DNA of 64,000 nt from an uncultured Thermoleophilia bacterium (GCA_963838145.1 CAWIPX010000005.1:18195-82194), one strand, 5' to 3'. Shown: positions 49,460 through 59,753, counted from the first letter of the stretch. Notes: generated by a model from the sequence alone, not told the origin. Program-made: numbers and translations.

Positions 49460-49912
49460 CTACTTGTGCAGCCGACCAGTCGACCACGCCCGTGCTGCAC
49501 GTCGGAAGCAGGTCGAAGTCGTCGACGATCCGCAGCGTGCCGCTCGCCCGGCCTCCGCGCTTGACCCGTCCGTGCAGCACGAAGAGGCTGTCGTCGCGGA
49601 AACCCGGACGGAGAGTCCTTGATGTGGAACTTCCCTCCGTCCCTGAGCGTCAGGCCGAAGTAGCCCGGCAGCCCGTACTCGGTGGTGTCCGGCGACCCCG
49701 CGCAATCGGTCGGGACCCCGGTCGCGTTGAAGCGGAAGACCTTGACGTTCTTCTCGCCCTTGCGTCGATCGACCTTGAACGTGATCTCGGAGCCGGGCGC
49801 GCCCTTGACCCTGCCCTCGTAATCGCCCTGCTTCGAGCCGAGTGCCGCCGCCGGCAGCGCGACGACGGCGATCGCGGCGCCGAGAGCGCGCGATCCACGT
49901 CATGCGGCCCAT
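49460..49912 (-). CDS. Hypothetical secreted protein, frameshifted; 3' end uncertain
   Basis: MGRMTWIARS, then in another frame LGAAIAVVALPAAAALGSKQGDYEGRVKG ... FNATGVPTDCAG ... and in a third frame VLHGRVKRGGRASGTLRIVDD. Confidence 0.35.
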   Translation of the reverse strand: MGRMTWIARSRRRDRRRRAAGGGTRLEAGRLRGQGQGRARLRDHVQGRSTQGREERQGLPLQRDRGPDRLRGVAGHHRVRAAGLLRPDAQGRREVPHQGLSVRVSATTASSCCTDGSSAEAGRAARCGSSTTSTCFRRAARAWSTGRLHK

Positions 49913-50414
49913 GTCAGGCATCGTCGACGACGCGGCGCGCTAAGGGCCTGGGCGCCCCACTCGAGCATCGCCCGACTCGCACAGGTCCGATCCCGTCGAA
50001 GCCGTCCTCGTAGGTCGACGATGACCGCGCGCCCTGCCATGCGGGCGAAGCCGTCCCTCGACCTCCGCGTACTCGTCGCCGCGGAAGTCGCCGAAATCGG
50101 TGTATCCCTCGAACTTGCGGTCGGCTGGACCTTCATTCGTCTTGATGCCGAAATCGGTCGTCTTGGCTGCTGCCGTCGGGACAGTGTACGGGAGCTCGTC
50201 GGCGTGGAAGTCCATGACGAAGAGGTGGCCCTTCTCGCGCACGAGCGAGAACTCGACCGTGCCCTTGCGAGTCGAATATCGGGCCCTCGTAGGACTGGTC
50301 CTTCGCCGGCGCCGACCGCGCTCATCGCGAGTGCGAGCGCCACCGCGACCGCCGTTCCCTTGGCGACGGCGGCTGCCGCCCGTCGATCGCCCTGCGGATC
50401 CCGCCCTTCATCAT
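49900..50414 (-). CDS. Hypothetical secreted protein, frameshifted; 3' end uncertain
   Basis: GGGGAGGAA RBS and ATGATG at 50414. Signal-like AAAVAKGTAVAVALALAMSAVGAG. Then VEFSLVREKGHLFVMDFHADELPY in another frame. Confidence 0.35.
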
Positions 50415-50467
50415 TTCCTCCCCTTCTGTTGAGACCTACGGCCCGGCCGGGTGTTATAGCCGCAGCC

Positions 50468-51736
50468 ATGAATTCCAACACCGAATCCGGGCTCTCGCTT
50501 CGGTTTCGGCGTCGCGCGCTGCGGTCGCTGGTGGCCGGGCTGCTGCCGGCAGCGGCGGCGATCGCACGCGCCGGCAGCGCGCCGCGCCGATCTCGCTACG
50601 GCGTCGTCACCCAGGGCTATCCCCAGGACGTGCGCGACTTCGAGTTCGGGCGCATGGGCCAGGGCGACGTCTCGAGCGTCCGCTTCATCCTGCTGTGGCC
50701 GCTGATCCAGGCGACGCCCGGGCCGTGCGGCCCGGGCCGTACAACCCCGTTCTGGGCGACGAGGATCCCGAGCCGCCCGAGAACCACTGCGACTGGACCG
50801 CGATCGACCGCATGGTCGGCGAGGCGGCGGCGCGCGGGACGGCCTCGCTGCCGTTCGTCTTCGGCTCTCCCGACTGGACCGACAGCAACGACGGCGAGCC
50901 GCCTGACGTGGCGAGCCGCGTCCCGCCGCTCGAGACCGAGGCGGACCGGCTCGCCTGGCAGGCTTTCTCCGCGCCGCGGTGCAGCGCTACGGGCCCGAAC
51001 GGCGCGTTCTGGGCGCCGGGAGGCGACTACGCGACTCAGCACCCGGGCGCGACGGCGCTGCCGATCGCGACTGGCAGGTCTGGAACGAGCCCAGCTCGCC
51101 CGCGTACTTCTGGCCCAAGCCGTCCCCGGCCGGCTACGCCGACCTGCTCGGCCTCTCTGCCGACGTCATTCGCGCCGAGGACCCCGCAGCGCGGATCATC
51201 CTCGCAGGGCTGTTCGGCACCCCGGGCGGCGGGCCCGGGCGGGATCTTCCTGCCGCGCTTCCTGGACCGCCTCTACGACGTGCCGGGCGTCGAGGAGGAC
51301 TTCGACGCCGTCGCGCTGCACCCGTACTCGCCGGGGATCGAGGGGATGAAGGCGCAGATCGAGCTCGCGCGCCGCGAGATGAAGCGGGCCGGCGACGCCG
51401 GCACGGACCTCTGGATAACAGAGCTGGGCTGGGCCTCCGACGGGCCGAAGGCGGATTCAGGCCGTCAAGAGCGAGCGCGGACAGGCGCGGATGCTGACCC
51501 GAGCGTTCGAGATGCTCGACCGAGCAACCGCGGGCGCTGGAACGTCATCGGAGTCAACTGGTTCTCGCTGCGCGACACGCGCCAAGAAGAAGTCGCCCTG
51601 CCCGGGCTGCCCCTTCACCGGCCTCGTCGAGCGCGACGGCGACCCCAAGCCCGCCTGGCGGGCCTTCGCCGAGTTCAGCGGCGTAGCGCGGCTCAGTGGA
51701 CCTTGCGGGTCCGGGCGCGCTGCTCGTGGCGGTTGA
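50468..51736 (+). CDS. Secreted clan GH-A (TIM-barrel) glycoside hydrolase-like protein, multiply frameshifted; 3' end uncertain
   Basis: N-terminus RRRALRSLVAGLLPAAAAIA. Motifs: WQVWNEPSSPAYFW (acid/base NEP), DAVALHPYS, LWITELGWAS (nucleophile), NWFSLRD. At least five frame changes. Confidence 0.5.
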
Positions 51737-52055
51737 CGACCTCGGCGATCAGGCGCTGTACCTGGCGGTCGCCCGAGACCTTGATGTGGCCCTCGTCGTA
51801 GGCCTTGCGCCAGTCCTTGAGCTTGCCGTCCTCGGCGAGCTCGTTGAAGTGTGAGCGCGGAATCGAGACCTCGATCCGCGCGTCCTGGGGGTCCTCCTTC
51901 TTGATCTCCGGGCCGGGCGCGCGGACGCGGAAGACCTGGACGTCGCCGCGGCCGCGCAGCTCGAGGCGCACGACGAGCTTGAGGCGGTCGAACGCCGGGA
52001 CCTCGAGGGTCAGGCGGCGGTAGGCCTGGTTGATCAGGTCCTGGGCGCGCGGCAT
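51693..52055 (-). CDS. SCP2 sterol-carrier-like domain protein
   Basis: Intact 120-codon ORF, 9 nt downstream of the acyl-CoA dehydrogenase gene. Ends with the pattern KAYDEGHIKVSGDRQVQRLI. Confidence 0.65.
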   Translation of the reverse strand: MPRAQDLINQAYRRLTLEVPAFDRLKLVVRLELRGRGDVQVFRVRAPGPEIKKEDPQDARIEVSIPRSHFNELAEDGKLKDWRKAYDEGHIKVSGDRQVQRLIAEVVNRHEQRARTRKVH

Positions 52056-52064
52056 CTCAGATCG

Positions 52065-53276
52065 TCACGCGGGGTTTCGCTCGAGGACCTTCTTGCCGAT
52101 CACCATGCGCTGGATCTCGGACGTGCCCTCGCCTATCAGCAGAAGCGGTGCGTCGCGGTAGAGGCGCTCGATCTCGTACTCCTTCGAGTACCCGTAGCCG
52201 CCGTGGATCCGGAAGCACTCCTCGACGACCTCCTTGCCGGTCTCCGAGGCGAAGAGCTTCGCCATCCCGGCCTCGAGGTCGGAGCGCTGGCCGGCGTCCT
52301 TGAGCCGCGCCGCCTTCATCGTCAGCAGGCGCGCCGCCTCGACCTTGGTCGCCATGTCGGCGAGCTTGAACTGGATCGCCTGGTGCTGGGCGATCGGCTT
52401 GCCGAAGGCCTTGCGCTCCTGGCTGTACCGGAGCGCCAGCTCGAGCGCGCGCTGGGCGATGCCGACGCCGCGCGCCGCGACGTTCACGCGCCCGACCTCG
52501 AGCGCGTCCATCATCTGCTTGAAGCCCTGCCCGATGCCCTCCTCGCCGCCGAGGATGCGCTCGGGCGGGCAGCGATAGCCGTTGTAGACCAGCTCGGTCG
52601 ACTCGACGCCCTTGTAGCCCATCTTCTTGATCTTCGGCGGGATCTCGAGGCCCGCGAAGTCGCCCTCGTTCTTCTCGGCCCAGGGCTCCTTCTCGGTGAT
52701 GAAGCAGGTCATGCCCTTGTAGGGCGGGTCGGCCTTGGGGTCGGACTTCATGAGCACGAAGACGACACCGGAGCCGAGCCCGTTGGTGACCCACATCTTC
52801 TGGCCGTTGAGCTCCCAGGCGCCGTCGTCGGCCTTCGTCGCGACCGACTTGATGCCCTGGACGTCGGAGCCGACCTCGGGCTCCGAGAGCGAGAACGCGG
52901 CGCGGATCTCGCCCGTCGCCATCTTCGGGAGGAAGTGCTCCTTCTGCTCGTCGGTGCCGAACTTCATCAGCAGGTAGGAGCCGATGAAGTGGGTGTTGAC
53001 GACGCCCGAGATCGAGATCCAGCCCCGCGACAGCTCCTCGACGATCATCGCGTAGGTCGTCAGGTCGAGCCCCATGCCGCCGTACTCCTCGGGGATCGTG
53101 ACCCCGAAGAGGCCGAGCTCCTTCATCTGCTCGACGATCGCCTCGGGGAACTTGTCCTCGTGGTCGAACTCCTCGGCCACGGGGAGGATCTCCTTGTCGA
53201 CGAACTGGCGCACCATCTCGGTGATCGCCTTCTGCTCGTCGGTCTTGTCGGTCAGCTCAGCGGTCGCTGTTGCCAT
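52065..53276 (-). CDS. Acyl-CoA dehydrogenase
   Basis: Motifs: FSLSEPEVGSDV, QKMWVTNG, and YSQERKAFGKPIAQHQAIQFKLADM. C-terminal GGYGYSKEYEIERLYRDAPLLLIGEGTSEIQR. Intact. Confidence 0.92.
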   Translation of the reverse strand: MATATAELTDKTDEQKAITEMVRQFVDKEILPVAEEFDHEDKFPEAIVEQMKELGLFGVTIPEEYGGMGLDLTTYAMIVEELSRGWISISGVVNTHFIGSYLLMKFGTDEQKEHFLPKMATGEIRAAFSLSEPEVGSDVQGIKSVATKADDGAWELNGQKMWVTNGLGSGVVFVLMKSDPKADPPYKGMTCFITEKEPWAEKNEGDFAGLEIPPKIKKMGYKGVESTELVYNGYRCPPERILGGEEGIGQGFKQMMDALEVGRVNVAARGVGIAQRALELALRYSQERKAFGKPIAQHQAIQFKLADMATKVEAARLLTMKAARLKDAGQRSDLEAGMAKLFASETGKEVVEECFRIHGGYGYSKEYEIERLYRDAPLLLIGEGTSEIQRMVIGKKVLERNPA

Positions 53277-53357
53277 CGGGGGAGTGCGTTCCTCCTGCGC
53301 ATCGAGGTCAGGTCGAGGTCGAGTCGAGGATATCGGCGCCGGGCTGCGATTCGCGCC

Positions 53358-53811
53358 CTAGAGCTTCCACGCGTAGCAATTCGAGCGCCAGCTCGGGCCC
53401 TCGCGCTCGTAGAAGCGGTGGGCGTCGACCCGGGCCTCCCCGCTGTCGAGCTCGAGGTGGGTTGCGCCGCGGCCGCGCGCCCAGTCGCGGGCCGCCGCCA
53501 GCAGGCTCGCGCCGATCCCCTCCGAGCGCCGTGCCGGGTCCACCGCCAGGTCCTCGACCCAGCAGCGGCGCCCGAAGCGCACGGAGTCGAGGTCCAGGTA
53601 GGCGGTGCACAGCCCGACCAGCGTCTCCGTCGGCCTCGGCGACGAGGACGGCGCTGCGCGTCGTCGGCGATCGCGTCGGCGAGGGCGGCTCGCGCGCGCT
53701 GCGGATCCCAGCCCGGCGGCACGCCTCCCGGGTCGGCGAACAGCCACTCGTACAGCGGGGCATCACTCGGTCCTCCTCGCCCGGTTGCGCCTGGCGGACG
53801 GTCGCCTCCAT
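53358..53811 (-). CDS. GNAT-family N-acetyltransferase, frameshifted
   Basis: WVEDLAVDPARRSEGIGASLLAAARDWARGRGATHLELDS ... AHRFYEREG. The N-terminal part is in two other frames. Confidence 0.65.
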
Positions 53812-53869
53812 GCGCTCGAAAACTACGCTCTAGTTAGGCTGCTCGCCGCCCAGACCCAGAAAGGACGCA

Positions 53870-54919
53870 GTGAGAAACCCCAGAGACTTCTTCCACCCGC
53901 TCGCGATCGACGCGCCGGAGCCACTGCGCGAGATCCCCGTCAAGCCGTCGCGGATGATCCACTTCTTCGACGCCTCGAACGAGAAGATGCGGGCCAAGGT
54001 CCCGGACATGGCCAAGCAGGCCGACATCCTGCTCGGCAACCTCGAGGACGCCGTCCCGGTCGACAAGAAGGTTCCCGCCCGCGAGGGGCTGATCGAGGTC
54101 GGCAAGGAGGTCGACTTCGGCGACACCCAGCTGTGGACGCGCGTCAACGCGCTCGAGAGCCCCTGGGTCCTCGACGACCTGACCCAGCTCGTGACCGAGA
54201 TCGGCGACAAGCTCGAGGTGATCATGGTCCCCAAGGTCGAGGGCGCGTGGGACATCCACTACGTCGACCGCCTGCTCGCCCAGCTCGAGGCGAAGGCGGG
54301 GCTCGAGAAGCCGCTGCTCGTCCACGCGATCCTCGAGACGTCGCTGGGCGTCGTCAACCTCGAGGAGATCGCGACCGCGAGCCCGCGCATGCAGGGAATG
54401 AGCTTCGGGCCGGCCGACCTCGCCGCCTCGCGGCGCATGAAGACGACCCGCGTCGGCGGCGGGCCACCCCGCCTACCGCGTGATCGACGACCCCGACCCC
54501 GAGAACCCGGACGCGCCGCGCGCGAGCGCGCAGCAGGACCCGTGGCACTACTCGATCGCGCGCATGGTCGACGCCTGCACCTCGGCGGGGATCCTGCCCT
54601 TCTACGGCCCCTTCGGCGACATCAAGGACACCGAGGGCTGCGAGACCCAGTTCCGCGCCGCCTTCCTGCTCGGCTGCGTCGGGGCGTGGTCGCTGCACCC
54701 GCCCAGATCGAGATCGCGAAGAAGGTCTTCAGCCCCGATCCGGAGGAGGTCAAGTTCGCCAAGAAGGTGCTCGAGGCGATCCCCGACGGCGCCGGCGTGC
54801 ACATGATCGACGGCAAGATGCAGGACGACGCGACCTGGAAGCAGTGCAAGGTGATGGTCTCGCTGGCCGAGATGCTGGCCAAGAAGGACCCGGAGCTGGC
54901 GAAGGCCTACGAGCTCTAA
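53870..54919 (+). CDS. mcl: (S)-malyl-CoA/beta-methylmalyl-CoA lyase (HpcH/CitE-like, Chloroflexus type); compensating frameshifts at about 54455 and 54700
   Basis: Motifs: [70 protein letters not shown], (other frame) [13 protein letters not shown] and [24 protein letters not shown]. Confidence 0.85.
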   Translation: MRNPRDFFHPLAIDAPEPLREIPVKPSRMIHFFDASNEKMRAKVPDMAKQADILLGNLEDAVPVDKKVPAREGLIEVGKEVDFGDTQLWTRVNALESPWVLDDLTQLVTEIGDKLEVIMVPKVEGAWDIHYVDRLLAQLEAKAGLEKPLLVHAILETSLGVVNLEEIATASPRMQGMSFGPADLAASRRMKTTRVGGGPPRLPRDRRPRPREPGRAARERAAGPVALLDRAHGRRLHLGGDPALLRPLRRHQGHRGLRDPVPRRLPARLRRGVVAAPAQIEIAKKVFSPDPEEVKFAKKVLEAIPDGAGVHMIDGKMQDDATWKQCKVMVSLAEMLAKKDPELAKAYEL

Positions 54920-54923
54920 GGGC

Positions 54924-55335
54924 ATGACGTGTGGCGAGCCGTTCCGCCACCGCCTGCGCGTCCGCTTACAACGAGTGCGACCCCCAGAACGCGGTCTTCA
55001 ACGCCAACTACCTCGCCTACTTCGACATCGGGATCACCGAGCTGTGGCGCGAGCTCGGCGGCTATGACGCGATGGTCAAGCAGGGGCTCGACCTCGTCGT
55101 CGCCGAGGCGCGAGTCCGCTACCTGGCGCCGCTGCGCTTCGACGAGGAGTTCGACGTCGCGATCAGCGTCGCCGAAATCGGAACGACGTCGCTGCGCACC
55201 GAGATCGCGATCGAACGCGGCGGCGAGACCGTCGCCGAGGGCGAGCTTCGCCACGTCTTCGTCACCACCGACGGCGGCGGCAAGACTCCCGTGCCCGACG
55301 GCCTGCGCGAAGCGCTTTCGCGCTACGCAGCCTAG
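54924..55335 (+). CDS. 4HBT/YbgC-type acyl-CoA thioesterase; frameshift (extra T) at 54966-54967
   Basis: [14 protein letters not shown](Y)[19 protein letters not shown] and [17 protein letters not shown]. Confidence 0.75.
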
Positions 55336-57155
55336 GCGCCGGCGACGCGCTCTCTGAGCGCCTCGAGCTGGGCCTGGATCTCGTCCGGCAGCCGGTCGCC
55401 GAAGGTCGCGAGGTGCTCCTCGACCTGGGGAAGCTGGTCACGGATGACGTCGGGGTCGACGCTGAGCAGCTCCTCGAGGCGCTCGGCCGGGAGGTCGAGC
55501 CCCTCGGTGTCGATGTCGCTCGGCGACGGGGACGAGGCCGAGGCAGGTCTCCCTCGTCTCCCCTGCCCCCTCGCAGCGCCGGAAGACCCACTCGAGGACG
55601 CGGCTGTTCTCGCCGAACCCGGGCCAGATGAACTTGCCGTCCTCGTCCTTTCGGAACCAGTTGACGAGGAAGACGCGCGGCATCTTGTCGGGGTTGCGGC
55701 GTCCCATCTCGAGCCAGTGCTCGAAGTAGTCGGCCATGTTGTAGCCGCAGAAGGGCAGCATCGCCATCGGGTCGAAGCGCAGCTTGCCGACCTCGCCCGC
55801 CGCGGCGGCGGTCGTCTCGACCGACATCGTCGCGCCCATGAAGACGCCGTGCTCCCAGTCGAACGACTCCGTGACGAGCGGTATCGCGCTCGCGCGGCGT
55901 CCGCCGAACAGGAACGCGTCGATCGGCACGCCGGCGGGGTCCTCCCACTCGGGCGCGATCGAGGGGCACTGCGCCGCCGGGCGTGGTGAAGCGGGCGTTG
56001 GGGTGGGCGGCGGGCTCGTCCGAGTCCGGCGTCCACTCGTTTCCGTGCCAGTCGATCGCGTGGTCGGGCGGAGTCTCGGTCATCCCCTCCCACCACACGT
56101 CGCCGTCGTCGGTGCGCGCGCAGTTGGTGAAGATCGTGTTGCGCTCCACCGTGTCCATCGCGTTGGGGTTGGTCTTGTGGCCCGTCCCCGGCGCGACGCC
56201 GAAGAAGCCGGCCTCGGGATTGACGGCGTAGAGGCGGCCGTCCTCGCCGAACTTCATCCACGCGATGTCGTCGCCGACCGTCTCGGCGGTCCAGCCGGGA
56301 AGCGTCGGGATCAGCATCGCGAGGTTCGTCTTGCCCGACGCCGAGGGGAAGGCGCCGGTGACGTACTTCGTCTTGCCCTCGGGCGACGTCAGCTTGAGGA
56401 TCAGCATGTGCTCCGCCATCCAGCCCTCGTCGCGGGCCATGGCCGATGCGATCCGCAGCGCGAAGCATTTCTTGCCGAGCAGGGCGTTGCCGCCGTAGCC
56501 CGAGCCGTAGGACCAGATCTCGCGGCTCTCGGGGAAGTGGACGATGTACTTGTTGTCGGCGTTGCAGGGCCACGGCACGTCCTCCTCGCCCTCGGCGAGC
56601 GGGGCGCCGAGCGAGTGCAGGCAGGGGACGAAGTCGCCGTCGTCGCCGAGCACCTCGAGCGCGTCGGCTGCCCATCCGGGTCATGATCCGCATCGAGGTC
56701 GCGACGTAGGGCGAGTCGGTCAGCTGGACGCCGATGTGCGAGATCGGCGAGCCGAGGGGGCCCATCGAGAACGGCACGACGTACATCGTCCGCCCCTGCA
56801 TCGAGCCCTTGAAGAGGTCGCCGAGCAGCTCGCGCATCTCGGCCGGGTCGCGCCAGTTGTTGTTGGGGCCGGCGTCGACCTCGTCGGCCGGGCAGACGAA
56901 GGTCCGGTCCTCGACGCGGGCGACGTCGCCGGGGTCGGAGCGAGCGAGGTAGGAGTTGGGGCGCTTGGCGTCGGAGAGCTTCTCGAAGGTCCCCGCGTCG
57001 ACGAGCTCCTGGCAGAGGAGGTCGTACTCCTCGGCCGAGCCGTCGCACCAGTGGATCGAATCAGGCTGCGTGAGCGATGCGAACTCCTCGACCCACTCGA
57101 GCAGCTTCGCGTGGGTCGTGGGCGGAGAGTTGGTGCCGACGTCCGTTTCGCTCAC
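55332..57155 (-). CDS. pckG: Phosphoenolpyruvate carboxykinase (GTP), at least three frameshifts
   Basis: AAGGAG precedes GTG 57155. Motifs: [93 protein letters not shown]. Confidence 0.88.
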   Translation of the reverse strand: MSETDVGTNSPPTTHAKLLEWVEEFASLTQPDSIHWCDGSAEEYDLLCQELVDAGTFEKLSDAKRPNSYLARSDPGDVARVEDRTFVCPADEVDAGPNNNWRDPAEMRELLGDLFKGSMQGRTMYVVPFSMGPLGSPISHIGVQLTDSPYVATSMRIMTRMGSRRARGARRRRRLRPLPALARRPARRGRGGRAVALQRRQQVHRPLPREPRDLVLRLGLRRQRPARQEMLRAADRIGHGPRRGLDGGAHADPQADVARGQDEVRHRRLPLGVGQDEPRDADPDASRLDRRDGRRRHRVDEVRRGRPPLRRQSRGRLLRRRAGDGPQDQPQRDGHGGAQHDLHQLRAHRRRRRVVGGDDRDSARPRDRLARKRVDAGLGRARRPPQRPLHHARRRSAPRSRPSGRTPPACRSTRSCSADAARARYRSSRSRSTGSTASSWARRCRSRRPPPRRARSASCASTRWRCCPSAATTWPTTSSTGSRWDAATPTRCRASSSSTGSERTRTASSSGPGSARTAASSSGSSGAARGQGRRGRPASASSPSPSDIDTEGLDLPAERLEELLSVDPDVIRDQLPQVEEHLATFGDRLPDEIQAQLEALRERVAGA

Positions 57156-57340
57156 TGGTGCTGCTGCTCCTTTCTCTTGGTGCGGGGTCTGGTTGCTACC
57201 CGGATGCGCGAACGCGCGAACGCAGGTTCCCGTTGGGACTGGTGCCAATCGGCACTTGAGCGGCCCGCGCTATGAGCCTATCGCCCGCGGCTGGCGGTCT
57301 CGACGGATACCTGCGCGACGCAGTAGGCTCCCGCGGCCGA

Positions 57341-57380
57341 ATGACCAACTGCACACGCGGGTCGCAGCGGAGCTGCACCT
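57341..57380 (+). promoter_or_regulatory. Copy B of the recurrent 40-nt element, ending 5 nt before the SucC-like ATG
   Basis: ATGACCAACTGCACACGCGGGTCGCAGCGGAGCTGCACCT. Confidence 0.7.
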
Positions 57381-57385
57381 AGCAC

Positions 57386-58597
57386 ATGCGCTTCTACGAG
57401 TACGAGTCCCGCCGAATGGTCGAGCGTGCCGGCATCCCCGTCACGGAGTACGGCTTCGCCACGACCGCATCCGAGGCCCGCGAGGCCGCGGAGCGGATCG
57501 CTGGCCCCGTCGTGATCAAGTCCCAGGTCCTGACCGGCGGACGGATGAAGGCCGGGGGCGTCAAGTTCGCCGACACCCCCGAGGAGGCCGAGGCGCACGC
57601 CGCCGAGATCCTCGAGCTCGAGATCAACGGCCACATGCCGCGCGGGGTCCTCGTCGACCCCAAGGCCGAGGTCGCGCAGGAGTACTACGCCGGCGTCGTC
57701 TGGGACGGGACCCGCAAGCAGCCGATGATGCTCTTCAGCGACATGGGCGGCATCGACATCGAGGAGGTCGCCGAGGAGCATCCCGACCACGTCGGCCGCG
57801 GCCACCTCTCCAACCTGATGCCGATCTCCGACTTCCAGGCCAAGCAGGTCGTCGCCTCGGTGGGGATGACCGGCTCGGAGCTCAACCGCGCCACCCCGGT
57901 GCTGGCGAAGCTCGCGCAGCTCTTCCGCGACAACGACATGACGCTCGCCGAGATCAACCCGCTCGCGCGGCTCGAGGACGGCACCTTCGTCGCCCTCGAC
58001 GCCCACATGGAGATGGAGGAGGAGGCGCGCCCGCGCCAGCGCAAGCTGCTCGCCGAGCTCGAGATCCCCACCGACGACGAGCGCGAGGACTACGAGCCGA
58101 GCGAGTTCGAGCGCAACGTCGCCGCGATAGACGCGGCGGACCACCGCGGCGTCATCCAGGGCAAGGACCACGGCTTCGACGGCAATCTCGGCCTCGTGAT
58201 CGGCGCCGGCGGAGGCTCGCTGACGCTCACCGACGCCGTGCGCAGCCAGGGCGGGCGGCCGGCGAACTACTCCGAGATCGGCGGCAACCCCTCGGTCGCC
58301 AAGGCCGCGGGCCTCGCCGAGCAGGTGCTCTCGAAGGACGGCGTCGAGAAGATCGCCGTGATGATGTCGATCGTCTCCAACACCCGCGTCGACATCGTCG
58401 CCCGCGGCGTGATCAAGGCCTGCCTCAAGCTCGGCAAGGACCCCGCCGAGACGATCGCGATCTTCCGCATCCCCGGCGCCTGGGAGGAGGAGGGCTTCAA
58501 GATCCTCGACCGCTACGGCGTCGAGTACTGCGACCGCTCGGTCTCGATGTGGGAGGCCGCCGGCCGCGCCGTCGCCAAGGTCCAGGGTGAGGGCTGA
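57386..58597 (+). CDS. Divergent succinate--CoA ligase beta-subunit-like protein (ATP-grasp plus CoA-ligase domains)
   Basis: MRFYEYESRRMVERAGIPV aligns with the canonical SucC N-terminus. Motifs: VIKSQVLTGGR, EINPLA, GNLGLVIGAGGGSLTLTD (canonical is NGAGLAM), PANYSEIGGNP. Intact. Confidence 0.8.
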   Translation: MRFYEYESRRMVERAGIPVTEYGFATTASEAREAAERIAGPVVIKSQVLTGGRMKAGGVKFADTPEEAEAHAAEILELEINGHMPRGVLVDPKAEVAQEYYAGVVWDGTRKQPMMLFSDMGGIDIEEVAEEHPDHVGRGHLSNLMPISDFQAKQVVASVGMTGSELNRATPVLAKLAQLFRDNDMTLAEINPLARLEDGTFVALDAHMEMEEEARPRQRKLLAELEIPTDDEREDYEPSEFERNVAAIDAADHRGVIQGKDHGFDGNLGLVIGAGGGSLTLTDAVRSQGGRPANYSEIGGNPSVAKAAGLAEQVLSKDGVEKIAVMMSIVSNTRVDIVARGVIKACLKLGKDPAETIAIFRIPGAWEEEGFKILDRYGVEYCDRSVSMWEAAGRAVAKVQGEG

Positions 58598-59514
58598 TGT
58601 CGATCCTGCTCCAAAGGGACACGACGTTCATCGTCCAGGGCATCACCGGCCGCGAGGCCGTCAACCTGACGCGCGAGTGCCTCGACTTCGGCTCGAAGAT
58701 CGTCGGCGGCGTGACCCCCGGCCGCAAGGGCCGCGAGGTCCACGGGGTGCCGGTCTTCGACACGGTCGAGCAGGTCGTCGACGCGACCGGCGCGGTGCCC
58801 GACGGCTCCGTGGTCACGGTCCCCCCCGCGTTCACCAAGGACGCGGTGCTGGAGGCGATCGAGGCCGGCGTCAAGCTGGTCGTGATCGTCACCGAGCGCA
58901 TCCCGCGCCGCGACGTCGCCCAGATGGTCGAGCTCGCGAACATGCGCGGCGCGCGGATCATCGGCCCCAACTGCCTCGGGATCATGGTCCCGGGCGTCGC
59001 CAAGATGGGCGGCATCGGCGGCCCGCCAAGGACGCCGCCAAGGCCTACACGCCGGGGCCGGTCGGGATCATGTCGCGAAGCGGCGGGATGACGACCGAGA
59101 TCGCGTCCACGCTGACCGCCGCCGGGCTCGGGCAGTCCACCGCCGTGTCGATCGGCGGCGACGCGATCATCGGCTCCACCTACGCCGAGCTGATGCCGCT
59201 CTTCGAGGCCGACGACCAGACCGAGGCGATCGTGATCTACACCGAGCCGGGTGGACGGATGGAGGCCCAGCTCGTCGAGTGGCGCGAGGCAAACGACTCG
59301 AGGCTTCCGATCGTCGCCTTCATGGCCGGCCGCTTCATGGACGACGAGGAGATGAAGGGGATGAGCTTCGGCCACGCCGGGAACGATCGTCGAGGGCAAG
59401 GAGGACACCGCGACCGAGAAGATCTCGCGCCTCGAGTCGGCGGGGATCCCCGTCGTCGAGCGGATCGACGAGATCCCCGGCGCCGTGCGCGAGAAGCTGG
59501 AGGCGAGTGCCTGA
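58597..59514 (+). CDS. Succinate--CoA ligase alpha-subunit-like protein; two frameshifts (about 59030 and 59385)
   Basis: TGATG coupling. Motifs: FIVQGITGREA, GGVTPGRKG, GPNCLGIM, VGIMSRSGGMTTE, STAVSIGGD, and the phosphohistidine motif SFGHAG. Confidence 0.8.
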
Positions 59515-59753
59515 TGGCCGCCACCGACCTCAACGGCATCTTCATCAACATCGAGGTCGACGAGTCCGTCGCCAAGGACCCCGAGCTGGCCGCGAAGCTC
59601 GAGGAGGTCTGCCCCGTGGACATCTTCGCCACCAACGACGACGGCACGCTGCGGATCGTCGACGAGAACCTCGACGAGTGCGTGCTCTGCTACCTGTGCG
59701 TGGACGCGACCCCGGAGGGGACCGTCCGCGTGATCAAGCTCTACGAGGAGTAG
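59514..59753 (+). CDS. Small ferredoxin-like protein with one CP plus CxxCxxC cysteine set
   Basis: TGATG coupling to the alpha subunit. EVCPVDIF ... DECVLCYLC. 79 codons, intact. Confidence 0.5.
   Translation: MAATDLNGIFINIEVDESVAKDPELAAKLEEVCPVDIFATNDDGTLRIVDENLDECVLCYLCVDATPEGTVRVIKLYEE

Noticed and set aside
53301-53330. Short imperfect tandem (ATCGAGGTCAGGTCGAGGTCGAGTCGAGGA) upstream of the acyl-CoA dehydrogenase gene
   Set aside because: It has only three or four degenerate 6-8-nt units and no spacer structure. It is not a CRISPR array or a meaningful VNTR.
57206-57223. Tandem GCGCGAAC GCGCGAAC in the pckG/sucC-like intergenic region, with GCGAAC also near 41485 and 45205
   Set aside because: The motif is short and GC-rich, so it is expected by chance at this composition. 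There is no consistent spacing to any start codon.
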